From NCBI GenBank assembly GCA_051453625.1, contig JBOZIK010000001.1, forward strand, positions 19,123,681-19,187,680: DNA of 64,000 bases, written 5' to 3'. Position 1 is the first letter of the stretch. Every line of letters starts with the position of its first letter. A model generated the notes under the pieces. It was not told the origin of the DNA. It saw only the letters and a program-made list of their open reading frames with translations, and made no database searches. Below are positions 11,266 to 25,775 of the stretch, piece by piece. The stretch is from Welwitschia mirabilis. Lineage: Eukaryota. The position numbers and the translations under genes are program-made.

Positions 11266-13649
11266 TTTAAACCATTTTTTAAGACCTATATTTCTTATAG
11301 TAATAATTCATTTCTATGCAAGAAGGTTGGAGTTTTTCATATCTATGGTTGAATGTTTTTCTAAATGAGGAAAAATCCCTAAAGTATTGAGGATTATCAT
11401 CATAACTAAAAGAAGGTTGAAAATGAAATGCTAAAAAGAGGAAGGGAAAAAAAAAGGAAGGTTGAAAGAAGGAATGGGTCCTAGTTTCAAAAAAATCTTT
11501 CAAAGGTAAGTTCTTCTTTCTATCATTCAAGATTTCTTGAAGAGACTTACTTTTTCTACNNNNNNNNNNACAAAAATTTCACATAAAGGTCTCTTACCAT
11601 CCGTGGACTCATTCTTCAATTGTAAATTCCTCTTTCTTTTAGCAAGGATTTCATGTAGAGGCCTTTTTTCCTCCATAGAAGTATCCTTTTCTAATGGAAA
11701 ATTCTTTCTTATTTATCTAAAACTTTCACATAAAGTTATTTTGTCTTTGATAAAACCAAGCTTTAGCAACACTAAATAAGTATGTGATAGATGAATGTTT
11801 TAGATAGAAATTTTCAAAATCACAGTAAAGCACAAGGAGTAGATCAATTTATTAAATCTAATTACTAAAAGTAAATGATATAAAAAAAAGAAGATATATT
11901 ATGATCAAATAAGAGAAATCAAGCAAATCTTATAAAGTCAAAACTTGATACTATATTACAACATCAAAAGAAGGTAACACATTCAAAGAATAATATCACC
12001 TTGCTTTTGATGTAGAATCTAATCTTTCAAAGACTCACTTTCTTTTCCAAAATTTCAAGATCCTTTTAAACACTGGCATTAAACTGTTGTACTTATTTAA
12101 TGTGTAGGTTAGATCTTAAAAAATTCTTAAGTTATGGTAAGCAAACACATAGGATATAGAGTGAGTTAATCTAGGATCATAAACTTAAAGAAGCAAATGA
12201 GTTAGAGAATATATGATTCTTTGAGAAAAGGAAAGATAAGATGAGAGAAGATTTTATGTTTTTAATATTTAAGAAATAAACATGAATAATGCAAATAATA
12301 AAATTCAGTAGGATAAATGCAAATGAAAGTGGAAATGCTATGAGATGAAAATGCAAATCCTAAATGCAATCAACTAATGTTTTTGCCAACTTGTTATCAC
12401 CTAAGTTGGCCCTCATCCTCTATATCAAAATTAGATTTAATATGTAATAATATTTAATTAACATCACCATAAAGTATAAGTAATACAGAGAGAGTATGAG
12501 TTTGAGAAAAAGAAAGTACATTTTATTAACTTTTAAAATAATGTATTTTATTACATCCTCTTGTAAATAGTAGTTTCTCAATGGAAGAGACAAATCTCAA
12601 TACTAAGGAGACATCTTTTATAAATGAATGGACCCCCTTACCTAAGGTTCTCCTATTACAAGCTACTTTGATGTCAAAGCTAGGATCAGGCAATGTGAGG
12701 CCTAACGGGTTTTATATAAGTTTGGATGGTAGACTAATTTAGCTAAATGATAAACTTGAAATAATCTCATTACCTTTTTAGCTAGAAAATAGACTTGGAC
12801 AATTACATTATGATTTTAAGTAAAAGAAAAAACTAGTTATTCATCACCCACTAGACTTCATCCTCTAATGATTTATCTTTTATTAGTAGGAGAAATCTAA
12901 TTGTGGGTGGAATTTGATTGCTTTTGTCTTTAGATGTTTTTCCTCTAGTTCTTTTTATTCTACATGTTTGTACTCTAATTCTTCATCCTCTAATGCTTTG
13001 TCCTCTAGTGCTTTATCAAATGTTTCATAATTACTCAATTTTAATCCAAATATGATTAATTTTGATATTTTACCTTTTACATTCAAAAATAGTCAAGTCA
13101 ATCATTATTCATGTCAAAATTAAAATAAAATATCAACTATGTCTGGAGAAAAACCTTTTTAATTTAACAACATCTAACTTTATTTCTTGCAATAAATAAA
13201 GGGAACTAAACATTATTATAAAATATTTTAAAGATGCAAAATTATTTGGCCATTTCCTAGGCCTCCACAATTCTAGAAAACTATCATTAGAAAGATAATT
13301 GAAATTGGTTATCATTTCAGAGATCTTCCTTCATTTCCTTCTCTATATTTCCCTTATGCATATTAGGTTAAACCATTTGTACTATAATGTTTTTCACTAG
13401 GGTGTCCGCCTTGCTCACTTGTGGCATGTCTTCACAATGCTCAGTATGTGTACTATTTATTCCTTCATATTTGGATAGACTTACAGGAATCTAATCTACT
13501 CCTTTTCTAAGCTCTTCCTATTGTAAGTCTCCTCTAGTGTCTCTAGGGGTTTCTTTGGCTTTTCTTCTGATAGAATGTCAAACTTGTTTATCTTAGAAAA
13601 TGGAGAACTGTTTAGAATAGAAGCTGGCTTCTTCCTTCTGCTCTTCTTT

Positions 13650-14450
13650 TTCACCTTCTACCTTCCTTATTAGCATCCTCTTTTTTTCCATTGATCTCAT
13701 ATTTCTTGCATCTATCTACTATGTGTTCATTTGCTTCACATTTGAAACATTGGATGAGATGTTCTCTATTTCTAGTTTAAAGACTAATTGTTCTCATTAC
13801 ATATCCAAGATTATCTTACTAGCTTTAAAGTTTTTCAGCTTCATATAGATACATATCCTAGTTAATTCCATTGTTGTCATATAATTTGTACTTTTATTCA
13901 CATAGATGAACTCACTCATCATATTATCTAGTTGCTTGAAAAACTCAGGGTGCCATATCTCTGGATGAGGATTTCAAATATGTATCCATATTGACATCAT
14001 TTCAAATATGTTGGCCTTCATGAAGGCTAACCTTCATTTGCAAAACACTATGATCCAATTGATAACATTTTGTTCATATATTATTTTAAGTCAAATACAA
14101 AATAAAGAAGACCATTACAAAGAAAGACTATGTTTCATGTAGCTAGAAACTTCTAATCACACTAGAGTCTAAACTTTTTAATGAATGATAGTCCTCCTGA
14201 ATACTAAAGATTCTCAATCAGGTTATTATTGAAATAATATTCAAGGTTTCTTGAGTAGCATTCTATAATTTTTATCCTAATGATTAAACCCTTGTGTTGA
14301 AAGTCAAACTCCAAATTTGAAAATCTTTGCTGTTTGCCTTCCCTAATAAATCTGCATAGGTTTTAAACCTTGCAGATTCAGTTGCCATTTTCTGAGCTTT
14401 ATCCTACTCCCTAAAGATGAAATTTACTGCTTGCTACCTACTGTTGAAGC
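13650..14450 (-). mobile_element. L1-type LINE ORF1 remnant (DUF4283-like region plus zinc knuckle)
   Basis: Minus strand reads NGLLYFVFD..., SIWIHI*NPHPEIWHPEFFKQL..EFIYVNKST...TRICIYM and QCFKCEANEHIVDRC (Cx2Cx4Hx4C). Confidence 0.75.
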
Positions 14451-14839
14451 TCCTTCTACCTTGGATGCCTCAAATCCTCTTAAGCCTATCCTTTATGTTT
14501 TTAGGGGTTATAATACACTAGTAAAAAAAACTCCCTAAGGAATAGAAAAACTGATATAAGGCTTTAACACTCATGTTGTGTCCTTTTAGGTTTCCACAAC
14601 ATTTGTATCACTAAAGATCCTATTGAAATAGCATGATAATAATACATTACTTATGGTCTCCCATCACTACTCCACTTTTCTCTACTTATGCATATGAATG
14701 AAGAAGCATCATCTGAGGTGTTTCCTATAGTGTGCATTACCAGTGCCTGTGAAACCCTTCTCTTATGACAACTTTAAACCCTAAACCCTAGCTCATCTTA
14801 GCTTTTTTCTACTTCTCAACCTTATCTAACATTAAAATA

Positions 14840-16320
14840 TTTAATTTACTAAATTTTAATAAGCTAAAATTGTAAAACTTAGAGTATCATTACTTTTGTA
14901 CATTTAGAGTATATTTTCTATGACATAGAATCATTAAACTTTTTGTATTATTATTGATGATCTTATTTCAAACTATCAAATCTCTTCTTTAATGAATAAA
15001 ATAATTTTTTAGTTCTAGCAATAATCCATCAATAAATTCCATGTAAATTTCCTTTTCCATATCACCATGTAATAATGCTATTTTAATAAATAAGAATATG
15101 CTTTAATGAAAGTTTAATAAGTCTAAGTATTTCACTTAAGTTAATACCTAGTTTATGACTGAAACTCTATACAACTAGCCTTGTTTTCTTTTATAATTAA
15201 TCTTTATCTTTTTTTAATGGCTTAGACTCACCTACATCTTAAAGCCTTATCCTCTTCTAAAAAAGAAACTAAATTATATGTATTAGTTTGTTTTGAAGAT
15301 TGTACTTCCTCATCCATGATCATTTTTTACTTGTCTAAATCTGGAAACAAAATATTATTTTTATACATATTTCACTCTTATTTATTATTATATATCACAT
15401 AATGAAAATAAGAATAATATCTCATAAGTGTTCTAATGGATCTCATGGATCAATTAAAATAATGACAAGAGTAACAAGGCTTTCCTTATTATCCTTTACA
15501 TCGAGAACAATAGGCTGGTTCTGTTTAAGTTGATCAAATTTAATATGTTGACCCTTATCATCATTAGAACATCTCACAGGTTTTTGTAGGGTGCCAGAAT
15601 CAAATTTTTCTAGTTTTTTAATTATCATCCTATAGTCTATAATACATAAAACTAATATCACATTATGAAAAAATACAATTTGATATCCCATGTGATTTCA
15701 CAGCCTATATTCAAAAACTATCTTCTTGATAGCAAAATAATGCAAATTTTCTATCATGCTACTCTAACTTTTATTTAGTATGTAAATGGACATACTTTTT
15801 ATAACCAGACACATGTAAATAAGATAGTGAGAGAGAACTTTCACTTCAAAGAAGTTTTGGAATCATTCTATCTACTACAACATGAAAAGTAAAAATGATG
15901 AATTATGTTGTTATTCTAGGAACTTTTACCTAGAAAAACTTGAGAACACTTAACTATGTGAACATTGATATTGATCATTCTAAAATATTGTTATTGTATC
16001 TTTTACCTATGCCATTATTTTATCATGTTTTATAAGAGTAAACATTTGTGAAATACCTATCTCTAAAAGAATTAAACAAACTCGTAAGAGATGTACTCAC
16101 CTCCATTATCAATTATTAATTATTTAATTTGCTACCAAACTTGCTTTTTACTCTTTCTTCAAATTCATTGAATTTATTTGAAACTTGATACTTTAAATTC
16201 AAAGAAGACAAACAATTCCTTCCAATATATATTTAAAAAAATAATAGAATACAAATCATCAACCAAAAAATAAGACACAAAGGAGTAAATATATCCAAAT
16301 AAATACTATCTAACTATCTT
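14840..16320 (-). mobile_element. Highly degenerate Ty1/Copia pol remnant (integrase to RT)
   Basis: Minus strand reads QIK*LIIDNGGEYISYEF (~16080-16135; integrase TDNGGEY) and IKIALLHGDMEKEIYME (~15035-15090; RT DVKTAFLHGDLEEEIYM). INT lies upstream of RT, as in Copia. Confidence 0.8.
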
Positions 16321-16885
16321 TCTTTTCTACCTAAACTCTATTTCTTAAAAGCAATTTTTTTAAAAAAAACTCAATAGCACAATTGTGAAAAATATTAATG
16401 AAATATAAGAAAAGTAATATATTTTTGTAAGAAACTACATCCATAAACATTTTTATGCTATTTCTTAGTCTTTAGTGCCATGAATAGACATAATTTGGAA
16501 TAGCAGTCATTACTTAGCCTATAGCAATCTTAGTCTCTCAATAAGTATGAGTTCCTTCCTTCTTTTCATGCATCAATGTCACCACACCATTGTCACCCTT
16601 TTATTGTCCACTTTCTTGAATGATTACACACCTAAGATCATCTAACATCTTAAAATAAATTAGATTCTTAAATACATAAGCTATACAACACACATTTTTT
16701 AAGGCAATGGTCTAGGTCCTTTTTTGTTATAAAATAAGAAAACCCATGTACATGACCTTACAAGGTTTGTCATCTTCCAAAGAGTTTTTGCTACTAGAAA
16801 TAGTCTCATATGAAAATAAATATTTCCTATGTGAGTATACATGAAAAAATACTCCTTAATTAACAATCCAAACATTAGGATAAAA

Positions 16886-17043
16886 GTATATGAATAGATT
16901 GGCTTCTCAACATGTAATAAGAAAAATAATTGTAGCTTCATCTTCAAAATTAAACTTATATTAGGTATATGAATAGATTGGATTCTCAACTTGTAATAAG
17001 AAAAATAATCGTAGCTTCATCTTCAAAATTAAACTTATATTAG
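16886..17043. repeat. 79-bp tandem duplication (2 copies)
   Basis: 16886-16964 and 16965-17043 are near-identical ('gtatatgaatagattgg...aaacttatattag'). Confidence 0.9.
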
Positions 17044-18442
17044 TTGTTATTCTCTTATGTATTCTTTGATTCTTTTCTTTTTCTCTTATTTTTTATGGCA
17101 TGACAATATTTTCTAATGTGTATTTCTTTTTTCAATTCTATTAAGAAAACTTACCATATTCAACAAACTTAATTTTACTTTTACTTATGTTACATTCTTT
17201 ATCTCTAAACTATGAATAACCATTGTTAGCAGTGGTAGCCAACACTTGTTGTAGGATTCACTAATATAAGTCATTTGTCTATAGTTTTCAACATAAAAAA
17301 AACATATTTAAAAAAAATAAAAGGGAGTTTTTAGATTGAAAATTTTAGTTGGTGCAATGGTCAATTTCATTTATGTAGTCTTCTAGCTATTAAGCAAATA
17401 ACTAGAAATAGCTATTACATAGAGGTTTTTTGAAAATAGAGCTTGCACATCATCTAGTTACATAAATATTTAATTCATATCATCTAAATGGAATTATGAA
17501 CATGAACCCTCCTTCATCCCAATCTTAAAAACTCTATTCACTATATAAGACTAGTTCTTATTGGGAAAATTTTACACTTACGGGGAGCCATGCCCACTTG
17601 GGATGGGGATTCATGTTGTTGTGAGATTCTAGTTCTATTGGTTGTTTGATCAAAATGTTACTTTAATTTCTTCCACAATTAGGAGGAATCCTCTATTTTA
17701 CATAAAAATGTAAAATTCTATTGTGGAGATAAAGGAAAATCAAGGGCAATAACTTCTTGCCATTTTGGTCCACTCTACATTAGACATTACTTGAGGCTTA
17801 ATTGTTACTTTATCTCCTAAGATCAAATCATAGTTTTGTAATAGAATGTCTTCCGTCAAGATATCATGCAATCCTCCTCCTCCTTCCTACTATAAAGTAA
17901 GAGTAAAATGATAAACAATTTAAAAGGAACAAATAAAGAATAGATATAATTACATTGTTAAACCTCTAATTTAAGGGAAAACATGCATGAAAAGTAAGTA
18001 TAGAATTCTATTGAGTACCAAGAAGAAAAAGTACAAGGCATATAAGCATGCACTAGGTACTTTGAAGTAAGAAAGAGATTAGATTTTTATCATATAGTTA
18101 AAACACATTTTTTCTTTAGTTTGAAAAGGAAAAACAAAATTGATTTGGAAAAGGATCATCATCATCTAGTACACTTCTGTATCTACATGAGTCTTTGATC
18201 TTATAACATCCTTCTCTTACTTAATATCTGCAATATTATTTTGTCTAAGAAAGTTCCATCGATGATCATTTTAGTAATAGAATTAGTAAAAAGTGACTTA
18301 ATGTATTTGCAGAGATCCTTGTCAATATTCGTCTAAATGACAAGAAGCAAAAAGATCCAACAATTTTTTCAATATGCTTTAGTGAAATCAAGCTTAGAAA
18401 AAAAAGCTTCATTAACTATGTCTATTTCCTAGGCCTCATCTT

Positions 18443-18512
18443 ATAGTGTAATTGGCAATGGACTCTTGGCTAGTAACAATATGCACTTATGGTTGAGGTT
18501 CAAATCCCCACA
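18443..18512 (+). mobile_element. Possible tRNA-derived SINE head (Pol III A/B boxes)
   Basis: 'tagtgtaattgg' (A-box-like) and 'ggttcaaatccc' (B-box) at a plausible spacing. No cloverleaf. Confidence 0.4.
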
Positions 18513-20975
18513 AAATTATTGCCTATTCTAATCTTGTATGGGTCAAGATTTTACTACATTTACTTCCCAGTGAAGGTCATAACATAGCTATAAAAACATT
18601 ATTAAAAAAATAAAGCAAAGAATAAGAATATCATTATTTTCTAGGAGAATAATTATATGAAGTCATCATTTAATCTTATTAATAATGATGTCGATAACAA
18701 CTATATATGAAATTATCAAAAGGATTATCATCTACTAGTTATTAATTTCATATTTGCTAGTTCCTTCAAGAATAAATTTAATACTTTCAAGAATTTATAC
18801 ATCCCTAAGATTTTTTATATCTTTAAGCTTATAAACACATTATATAAAAGTTCACATCTATAAAGGGATAGAGATTTTTATAAAATTTAATTGGACATGT
18901 ATCTATATCTAAAGCTACATTAGTTGAGATACCATTCAAGGTTTTAAAAAGATTCCTATAGAAAAGGCCTAATCAACTTTGAGAATATTAATGTTAGAGG
19001 GAGTTATGTGTAGTAATACTTCTTTCAAGTTCATACGTTAATGTCTTAAGTACTAAAAGTGTGAGTTAAACTTTTGAGATATTCTTTTGGGTGTCATAAC
19101 ACACATGGACTTTGGATTGAATGCTAAAGATAATGACCATTTTTATTTTTTTAATCTTAATTACATTAAAGTAGAAGGTAGTAGCATGATATTCTTAGTT
19201 GATCTCATTAAGTCTAGAAGTTAATTTGAATTCTTATGCTTAGTGAACCCGAATTTATCTTAAATAAGACACAATAGAATCATGTATTTCTATACAACAT
19301 TAATAGTAATCTTCCTATCAAGTACCTAATAATATGAACCTATCACTAGTCTAAGAATATGAAACGTTATCTTGTAAAAAACCACATTTATTCTTCTTCT
19401 CTATTATATTGATTTCTAAGTGTAAAGTAAGGTCGCAAGACATAGAAAGATGTCAATCATCAAGTACAAAATTTTTAATGCTTAAGATGTTATCATAAGG
19501 ACAACATAGTGTAACAAATATTTTAGATTTAATATTATATGTAATTACTAATTGCAAGATCATATGATAAGAGTTTATGTTCCAAGGCAATCCCAAAGAA
19601 CTTTTATTAGGTTATGAAGCAGTAAAAGGGGTTGTCCAATTATTATGACAAGTTATAGATCAGATTAGAGGAGACATGAAGAAATAACAATGAATAGAGT
19701 TTAAGGAAAATTCCAAATGATGATGTGTACATATCCAAGATGACATTAAGGGAAAGAAATCAATGTTTAAATGGAAGAATTTGATAAGGGGAAATAGGGA
19801 AAAAAAAAATCTTTTCAAATGAAATCTCTTTTACTTTCATTGAAAGGGACTTATAGGCTTTTTCATCTTGAAAGTTAATGAAGTCGACTTTTGTTTTATG
19901 GGTTTTAATACACATCTAGTACTATAGTGACATGTTAAAGTCTTTTTAATGAAAATTGGTAATTAAAGTTCCATAGCATCTATTTTTTTATACTTGTGTT
20001 TTCTTTATTTATTTCTTGTTCATCTCTTTCTTTATTTCTTGTCCCCCATTTTCATCATTCTACTATACACTCTACATCAGCTAGTATTATAGCTTGTTTT
20101 ATTAACTTTTCTTATAAGTAAAAATAATGATACACAAATTGAGGATTTTATGTTATTATTATTATTTTCACGTTATAACATTAACAGTGTGATATTTTGA
20201 AGTTTTACAAGGTGAAGGAAATGAAGCGAGGGCATCCTCATGAGATTTGGAAATATGTGTTTATGGAATATTCATAGAAAAATAGAAATGTTAGTTAAAG
20301 ATTTCAATGATTTTATAGCTTAGAATTATACTTAGTTTGTATTCATAAACCAACCGCAATGGTCACATCTATAAGTTGTGTTCAGTTTTATAGCTAGAGG
20401 TTGTGTTGGAAGGGTGATTAACGAATCAAAATCTTAGTCCATTAGCCTTGAAGAGATTTCTATTAAATAGTTAACTAATTACTTAAAATTTCATCTAAAT
20501 CAAAGTTGGTTAATTAACAATCTAAGAAGAATCAACCAATGATTACAACCAAGAGGGAAATGCAAACATAACAATAAGAAGATAGATAGATAAAGAGAAA
20601 TTTGAAAGGGTAAGTACACAAGTGTCTAAGAAGAAGAAAATAAGTCAGTGTGACAAATTCTAATTAAAGAAGATGGAAATGAATTAGTTTCAAAGTAAAA
20701 TATCTTTCCACTGGAAAGGATTTTTTGGTTGCTTCATCTAGGAAGTAAATTGAATATCGTTCCTCCTCTTAAAGTTGTATTATGTAGGTAGGATTATAAT
20801 TGTAATGGTTATTGTAATTATTTAATGAAAACTTGTAATTGAAGTTCTGGGCATCTATTCCTTAATTCCTCTGATGTCATACTTTATGTTTTTTCTATCC
20901 CATTTACATATTTTTGTTATATCTCTACATTAATTATAGGACTAATGTTAAGTGTCTAAAGAATTATAAGCCAAT

Positions 20976-21135
20976 GGAGTGGTAGTTCAATTGGTTAGAT
21001 ACTTATCCTCCATTTAGGAAGTCATGGATTTGAATCTTTGGATGCTTAGCTTGGCATACTATAAGGTCTTAGGTTGTGATAAAATCATTGTCTTGGACGA
21101 TCACAGTGGCTATACTTCTTGGAAGGTACAGCTAC
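20976..21135 (+). mobile_element. tRNA-derived SINE, copy 1
   Basis: 'ggtagttcaattggttagatacttatcctcc...gtcatggatttgaatctt' gives an A box and a degenerate B box. Alignable over ~160 bp with the reverse complement of 28810-28973. Confidence 0.65.
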
Positions 21136-21399
21136 AAAAACTTTCAAATTCGATATCCAGTTTCCTCAAAGAATTGTAAGAATTCATATTGCATAAGTTC
21201 CAAAATTCTCAATATCGTTAGCATCAAGAGAATAATCATCAAGCTCAAAATTTATCAAGACTATTAACATCCATTTAAAATTTTTGAGACGTTCCCCATA
21301 TAATAAATAAGAAGTTAAGGAACCAGCATTAATTAAAAGTGTCTCTTATTTGGGTTGTATCATATACATATACATGATAATTTTCAATTTGAAAAATTA

Positions 21400-24300
21400 T
21401 TCATTTAAATTTGTCATTATGAAAATTGGCAAACTAGTGGGGTTTGAAGCCAAATCTTGTATTTGAGATTTTGTGTAATGTTGAAATGTTGTAAAGGAGG
21501 ATTAGCTCTTAATAGTCTATTTACATTTTGTAATTAAAAGTAAGACCTATGAACAAATGAGAAAGCAAGACACATAGCTAAGTAAAGAATAAGATGTAAG
21601 GCATCAAGATTGGATTGAGTTAAAACACTAATCCTATTTAGAGGGCTTGAATCCTTGCATATTATATAGTGGCAAGTTCATTTTCATTTCAAACAATAAA
21701 GCTCTTTCTTCTGTTGCGGATATTTCTCTCAATCTTTGAGAGTTTTACAATGTAAATTTGCATGTCTTGTGTCTTTTCTTGTTTTTTAGCTTTTTTATTT
21801 TTTAATTCATCACTGTTTTTATTATTGTCATTGTGCATAAACTTTGATTTTTCACAAAATTGATATTAGAGAATGAGGTTTTAATTCTTGTGTTTTAGTA
21901 ATTACTTGAATACGAAAGTAATGTAAAGGGTCGAAGAATGCAAACCTAGGGTTTTTAATCCATAGAATCCATGCAGATCTCTGGGGACATGCAGTCTGAA
22001 CTTAGATGAATTGCAACTTCTTCTAAAATTATGGTTGATTATTTTTTTCTTCCCTTGTAAAGTCTTGATTCAATGGGAGCCACAAATACAAATATGGCTA
22101 TTATTTAAAAGTTTGATGAAAGGCATTATGACCTATGAGGATGAAATCACAAATCTATTATATAAGAAAGGGTGGTACGTTGTTCTTCTTGGAAAACTTT
22201 CATCTCTGTCTCACGAGGAATGGTTGAAGCTTAATTACATGGCACTTGGCTTAGTCTAGATGTGAATAACTAATTCAATCTTAATGAACGACCAAAAAGA
22301 ATAGATTATGCTAGGGTTATTAAAAGATAAATCCGTGTTTCTAGACTATGAATGCATGCAACATGGTTTATCTTTTCACAAAGTTTCACTGAACGGATAT
22401 ACAAGAACCTGAGAGGTGTCCGATTTCTTAATATGATTCAATGCTACAATGGTAGATCTAGAAGCAGTAGGTTACAATGTTTTTGGTGAACGTTCATTAA
22501 TTTTCTAGAGTGCCCTATCAAAATGCTATGGTCATGTAATCACAATAATTAGTACTAACACCGTTATAGCCGATGAAGTTGCTAGTGTGTTTAAGATAAA
22601 GGAATGACAACATAACAAAAGCAAGAAGACAGAATGCAAATAAATTTCTTCTATTGCAAACAAAGATTCTACAATGAGCTTATAGCATTCGATGGATCAT
22701 TATCTCACATTCCCCCAAACATGGCATAATAGATGCCCTAATAGGCTATTACCTATTGCCTTAAGGGGTCTTAAAGAATTTTAGAAGTAATCAATTTTTA
22801 AACTACCACATGATTCAAAATTTTCTAATAATTTTGACAATTTTTTTTCCTTTTTTTGTTGATTGTGAACAATTGTTAAATGAATGTAATTAACAACCAT
22901 GGAACATCAAGTTAGAATGGACGTCCCTATGCCATATGCCCCTCCTTGATGTGGTAGTTGCCCCTACAACTATGTCTAGATTTGGTACATCTACATAGTG
23001 ATCTTCAAATCATCTCAGAAGTCGATGTTGCCTTGGTCCACATGCTTCTTCCAATAGTATATTACCTAATTCTTTTCGGGCACTAAAATTTATCACCTAT
23101 GCATTTCCCTCATTATGGTAAGTTGGAAGACCTTTCACATTGAATGTGTTATTAATTAGTAGCCATTGTGGAACCTTAGCCTTGTATGCATTACAGCGAA
23201 TCTTTTAATTTTGTGGTTGTCAATTTGGCCTTCTTCACCTCTGGTAATTCCTTCAACTCAAAATCGTTTTCCATCTCATAAATCTCATTAAACAAAGTAT
23301 TTGGATTCAAAATTCCATCAAAACACATAACATCAGCATGTGTTTTCTTTCCTGCCTACAAGACGACTTTAAGAAATAGCTAGTTGCTTTCCTTGACATC
23401 TTCAAATGGATTTTTGAGTACCAAATTCCCTTCTTCCTTGTCATTGTCATCTTATATATGACTAGGTATTGTTCGTCATTGATAGGTTTCCATTGGATCC
23501 ATTTCTTTCGTTAATTTTTGCAACATTTGCAATGTTTCCTTCCATTCCTCTGTTCTCTTGACCATCTTCTACATGGCCTTATCATGTGCCTATGCCTCCC
23601 ATTCCCTTTTCATGACCTATCATGATAGCTTTCTTGTAGAGATCCTTCCCTTAGGTTTCCTACTCATTCATCCTATTATCTTTTGTCATTGCAGTCTCCT
23701 AAACCTTGCTCCAATACTAGTTGATATAGCAAAAGCACAAAGACAAAATGCAAACAAATGTCTTTTACTGTAAGTAAAGATTCTACAATTGAGACCTACA
23801 ACATTTGGCAAATCACATATCCCTCATTTTCCGTAAGCATGCCTTAACAAATGTCATAAGGGGTTATTTATAAGTTGCCTCGAGGGGTCTCAAAAATCAT
23901 TGGAATTAATCAATTTTTAAGGTACTCCACTTTGTACAGTTTTCTAAAAATTTCTATAAAATTTAATTGTTTTTTTGTTTATTGTGAACAACTATTAAAA
24001 GGATGTTATCAAACAATCGTAGGGCACCAAGTTAAAACAGACACTCATGTTCCAAATGACAATGTTCTAAGACTGCTGATCTTCATCCATAGTTGAGGTA
24101 CTATTTACAAGTGAAAGCTAAGTAGAAGATTAAAAAGCAACAACCAATTTGTTTGAAATGCAACAAGAAAGGACACGTGAAGGCAAACTGTCAATTGCTT
24201 ACACACAACTATCATTCCACTAATAAGGCTGAATCTTCAAGACGAGTTGGCATCATTGCCAAGGACGATGGTTTTTTTTCTTTCTTTTTCTTTTTCCTTT

Positions 24301-24935
24301 TTTTCCTTTTTTCCCTTTTTTTTACTTTTTTGAATTCGAGCTCAGTCATAGTGTATCCTACCTCTAATATGATTTATTGCTTTTGAGCCTCGTGGTGTAT
24401 TCTCCTTCTCTTCTCCCAGCACTTCTTTACCATGATGTAGCCTATGTTAATCATTTTGCACAAGAAGGCTTTGACCGTGTTTATGGTTATTTTAGGGGAA
24501 GGTCCCAGCAAAAGATGACATGTGATGTCAAAAGCAACCTCAAAACATCCTTAGACGTTGAAGATCACATTAGTATTTCAATTACTTTGGATGGATCGAA
24601 ATGATTGATTTATCTTCTAGTAAATTATTAGTGCTTAAAGTCTAATCTTATATTTGAGCTCTTGTGTTATGTTGTAACATTGTCAAAGAAGATTAACCTT
24701 TAGTAGTCCATTTACATGGTGTAATTGAAAGTCAGACCTATAGATAACTGAACAAGCAAATCATGTAATTAAATGGAAAGTGAGATTTAAGGTATCAAGC
24801 TTGGCTTGGTTTATAACACTAATCCTGTTTAAAGCACTGGGTTCCTCACATATTTGGTTAGTTTTGTCTTCTCCTATGGATATTTTGCTCTTCCTTTAAG
24901 GGTTTTGCCATGTATGCTTAATGTATCTTTTTGTT
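21400..24935 (+). mobile_element. Old gag-only Ty1/Copia LTR element (TR-GAG-like), interrupted by a nested element
   Basis: Diverged LTR pair (~21400-21860 and ~24590-24935) and a tRNA-Met-like PBS 'tgatattagag' at 21861. Gag remnant EITNLLYKKGWYVVLLGK..EEWLKLNYMALGLV, with knuckle CLKCNKKGHVKANC at ~24150. No pol before the 3' LTR. Outer LTR boundaries are approximate. Confidence 0.75.
22608..24054 (-). mobile_element. Nested 1.45-kb non-autonomous Gypsy (CRM-like gag fragment) LTR element with 5-bp TSD
   Basis: Direct repeats 22608-22934 and 23722-24054, with TSD AATGA at 22603-22607 and 24055-24059. PBS-like 'gctccaatacta' at ~23708-23719 and PPT-like 'cccctccttga' at ~22939. Minus-strand ADVMCFDGILNPNTLFNEIYEMENDFELKELPEVKKAKLTTTKLK is Gypsy gag-like. 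Confidence 0.8.
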
Positions 24936-25775
24936 GCCATTAAATATAGCAACACACGCAGATAATACCTTGCTTTCAGCTATGTTCATAATAGCCTTTT
25001 TACATTTTGTGGTTAGCTCCCAAGTTAATGGAGGCCTCATAAAACAGATAGGTCTTTTGAGATACCCTCACCAATACAACAGTGTCCCATAAAACTATTC
25101 AAAAGAGAAATGTGTCATCACCATTCCCCATGAACATATTCACAAAAGAATTGTCATCGCTAGGAGCATTCCTAGCCCAACCATTAATGTAAACATTACT
25201 TGTGCCCTTAATTCTTTATATGTTGCTTCAGACATTTCTTTTAAGCTAAGTAGGAACACAACAGCATTCTTTGATTCTTCTTTGAACAGAGAATTGCAGT
25301 CAAGGAGCAATACAGGTGGAACATTGATTCATCTGTTGTTGCAGTTACAACAGGTAACTTACCATGGATAGGAATAAAATGAAGCCATTAGACTGCCGCT
25401 ACAATATGAAGGTTATTAAATAACAGATGGACACACAAAATAGAGTATACAGATTATAAAAGTTTATGCATACTGATGGAAACCCAGGGAAAAGAAATAC
25501 TTAGCTAGCCCCATAAAGTATTTGAATCATCTCCTATGAATATAAACATGATTAGAATCTGAATGATATCTGCCAATATGGATTTTAGGGTTTCAGCACA
25601 AAAAAGTTAAGACCACCGGTACACAAGAATTTCAATTTTGAAACAAATCCAAACTGCTCAAAACGTCCTTTACCAGGTATTCCGTTTTATGATTGCATTT
25701 ATCAGAATACCAAAACTTGTTACCTTGTCACCCACCCTACACATCACCGCAGCATCAAGACGGTATCCATTTCCT

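Noticed and set aside
11280-13100. Possible old Gypsy (Tat/Ogre-like) 5' region and LTR with short internal repeats
   Set aside because: The composition is suggestive, but I could not support a protein motif, PBS or LTR pair.
17300-20900. Possible further LINE/LTR remnants
   Set aside because: Too degenerate for a supportable call by eye.
20976-21050. Functional tRNA gene
   Set aside because: The B box is degenerate, no acceptor/anticodon stems form, and similarity to a second copy extends beyond the tRNA-like head. Called a SINE instead.
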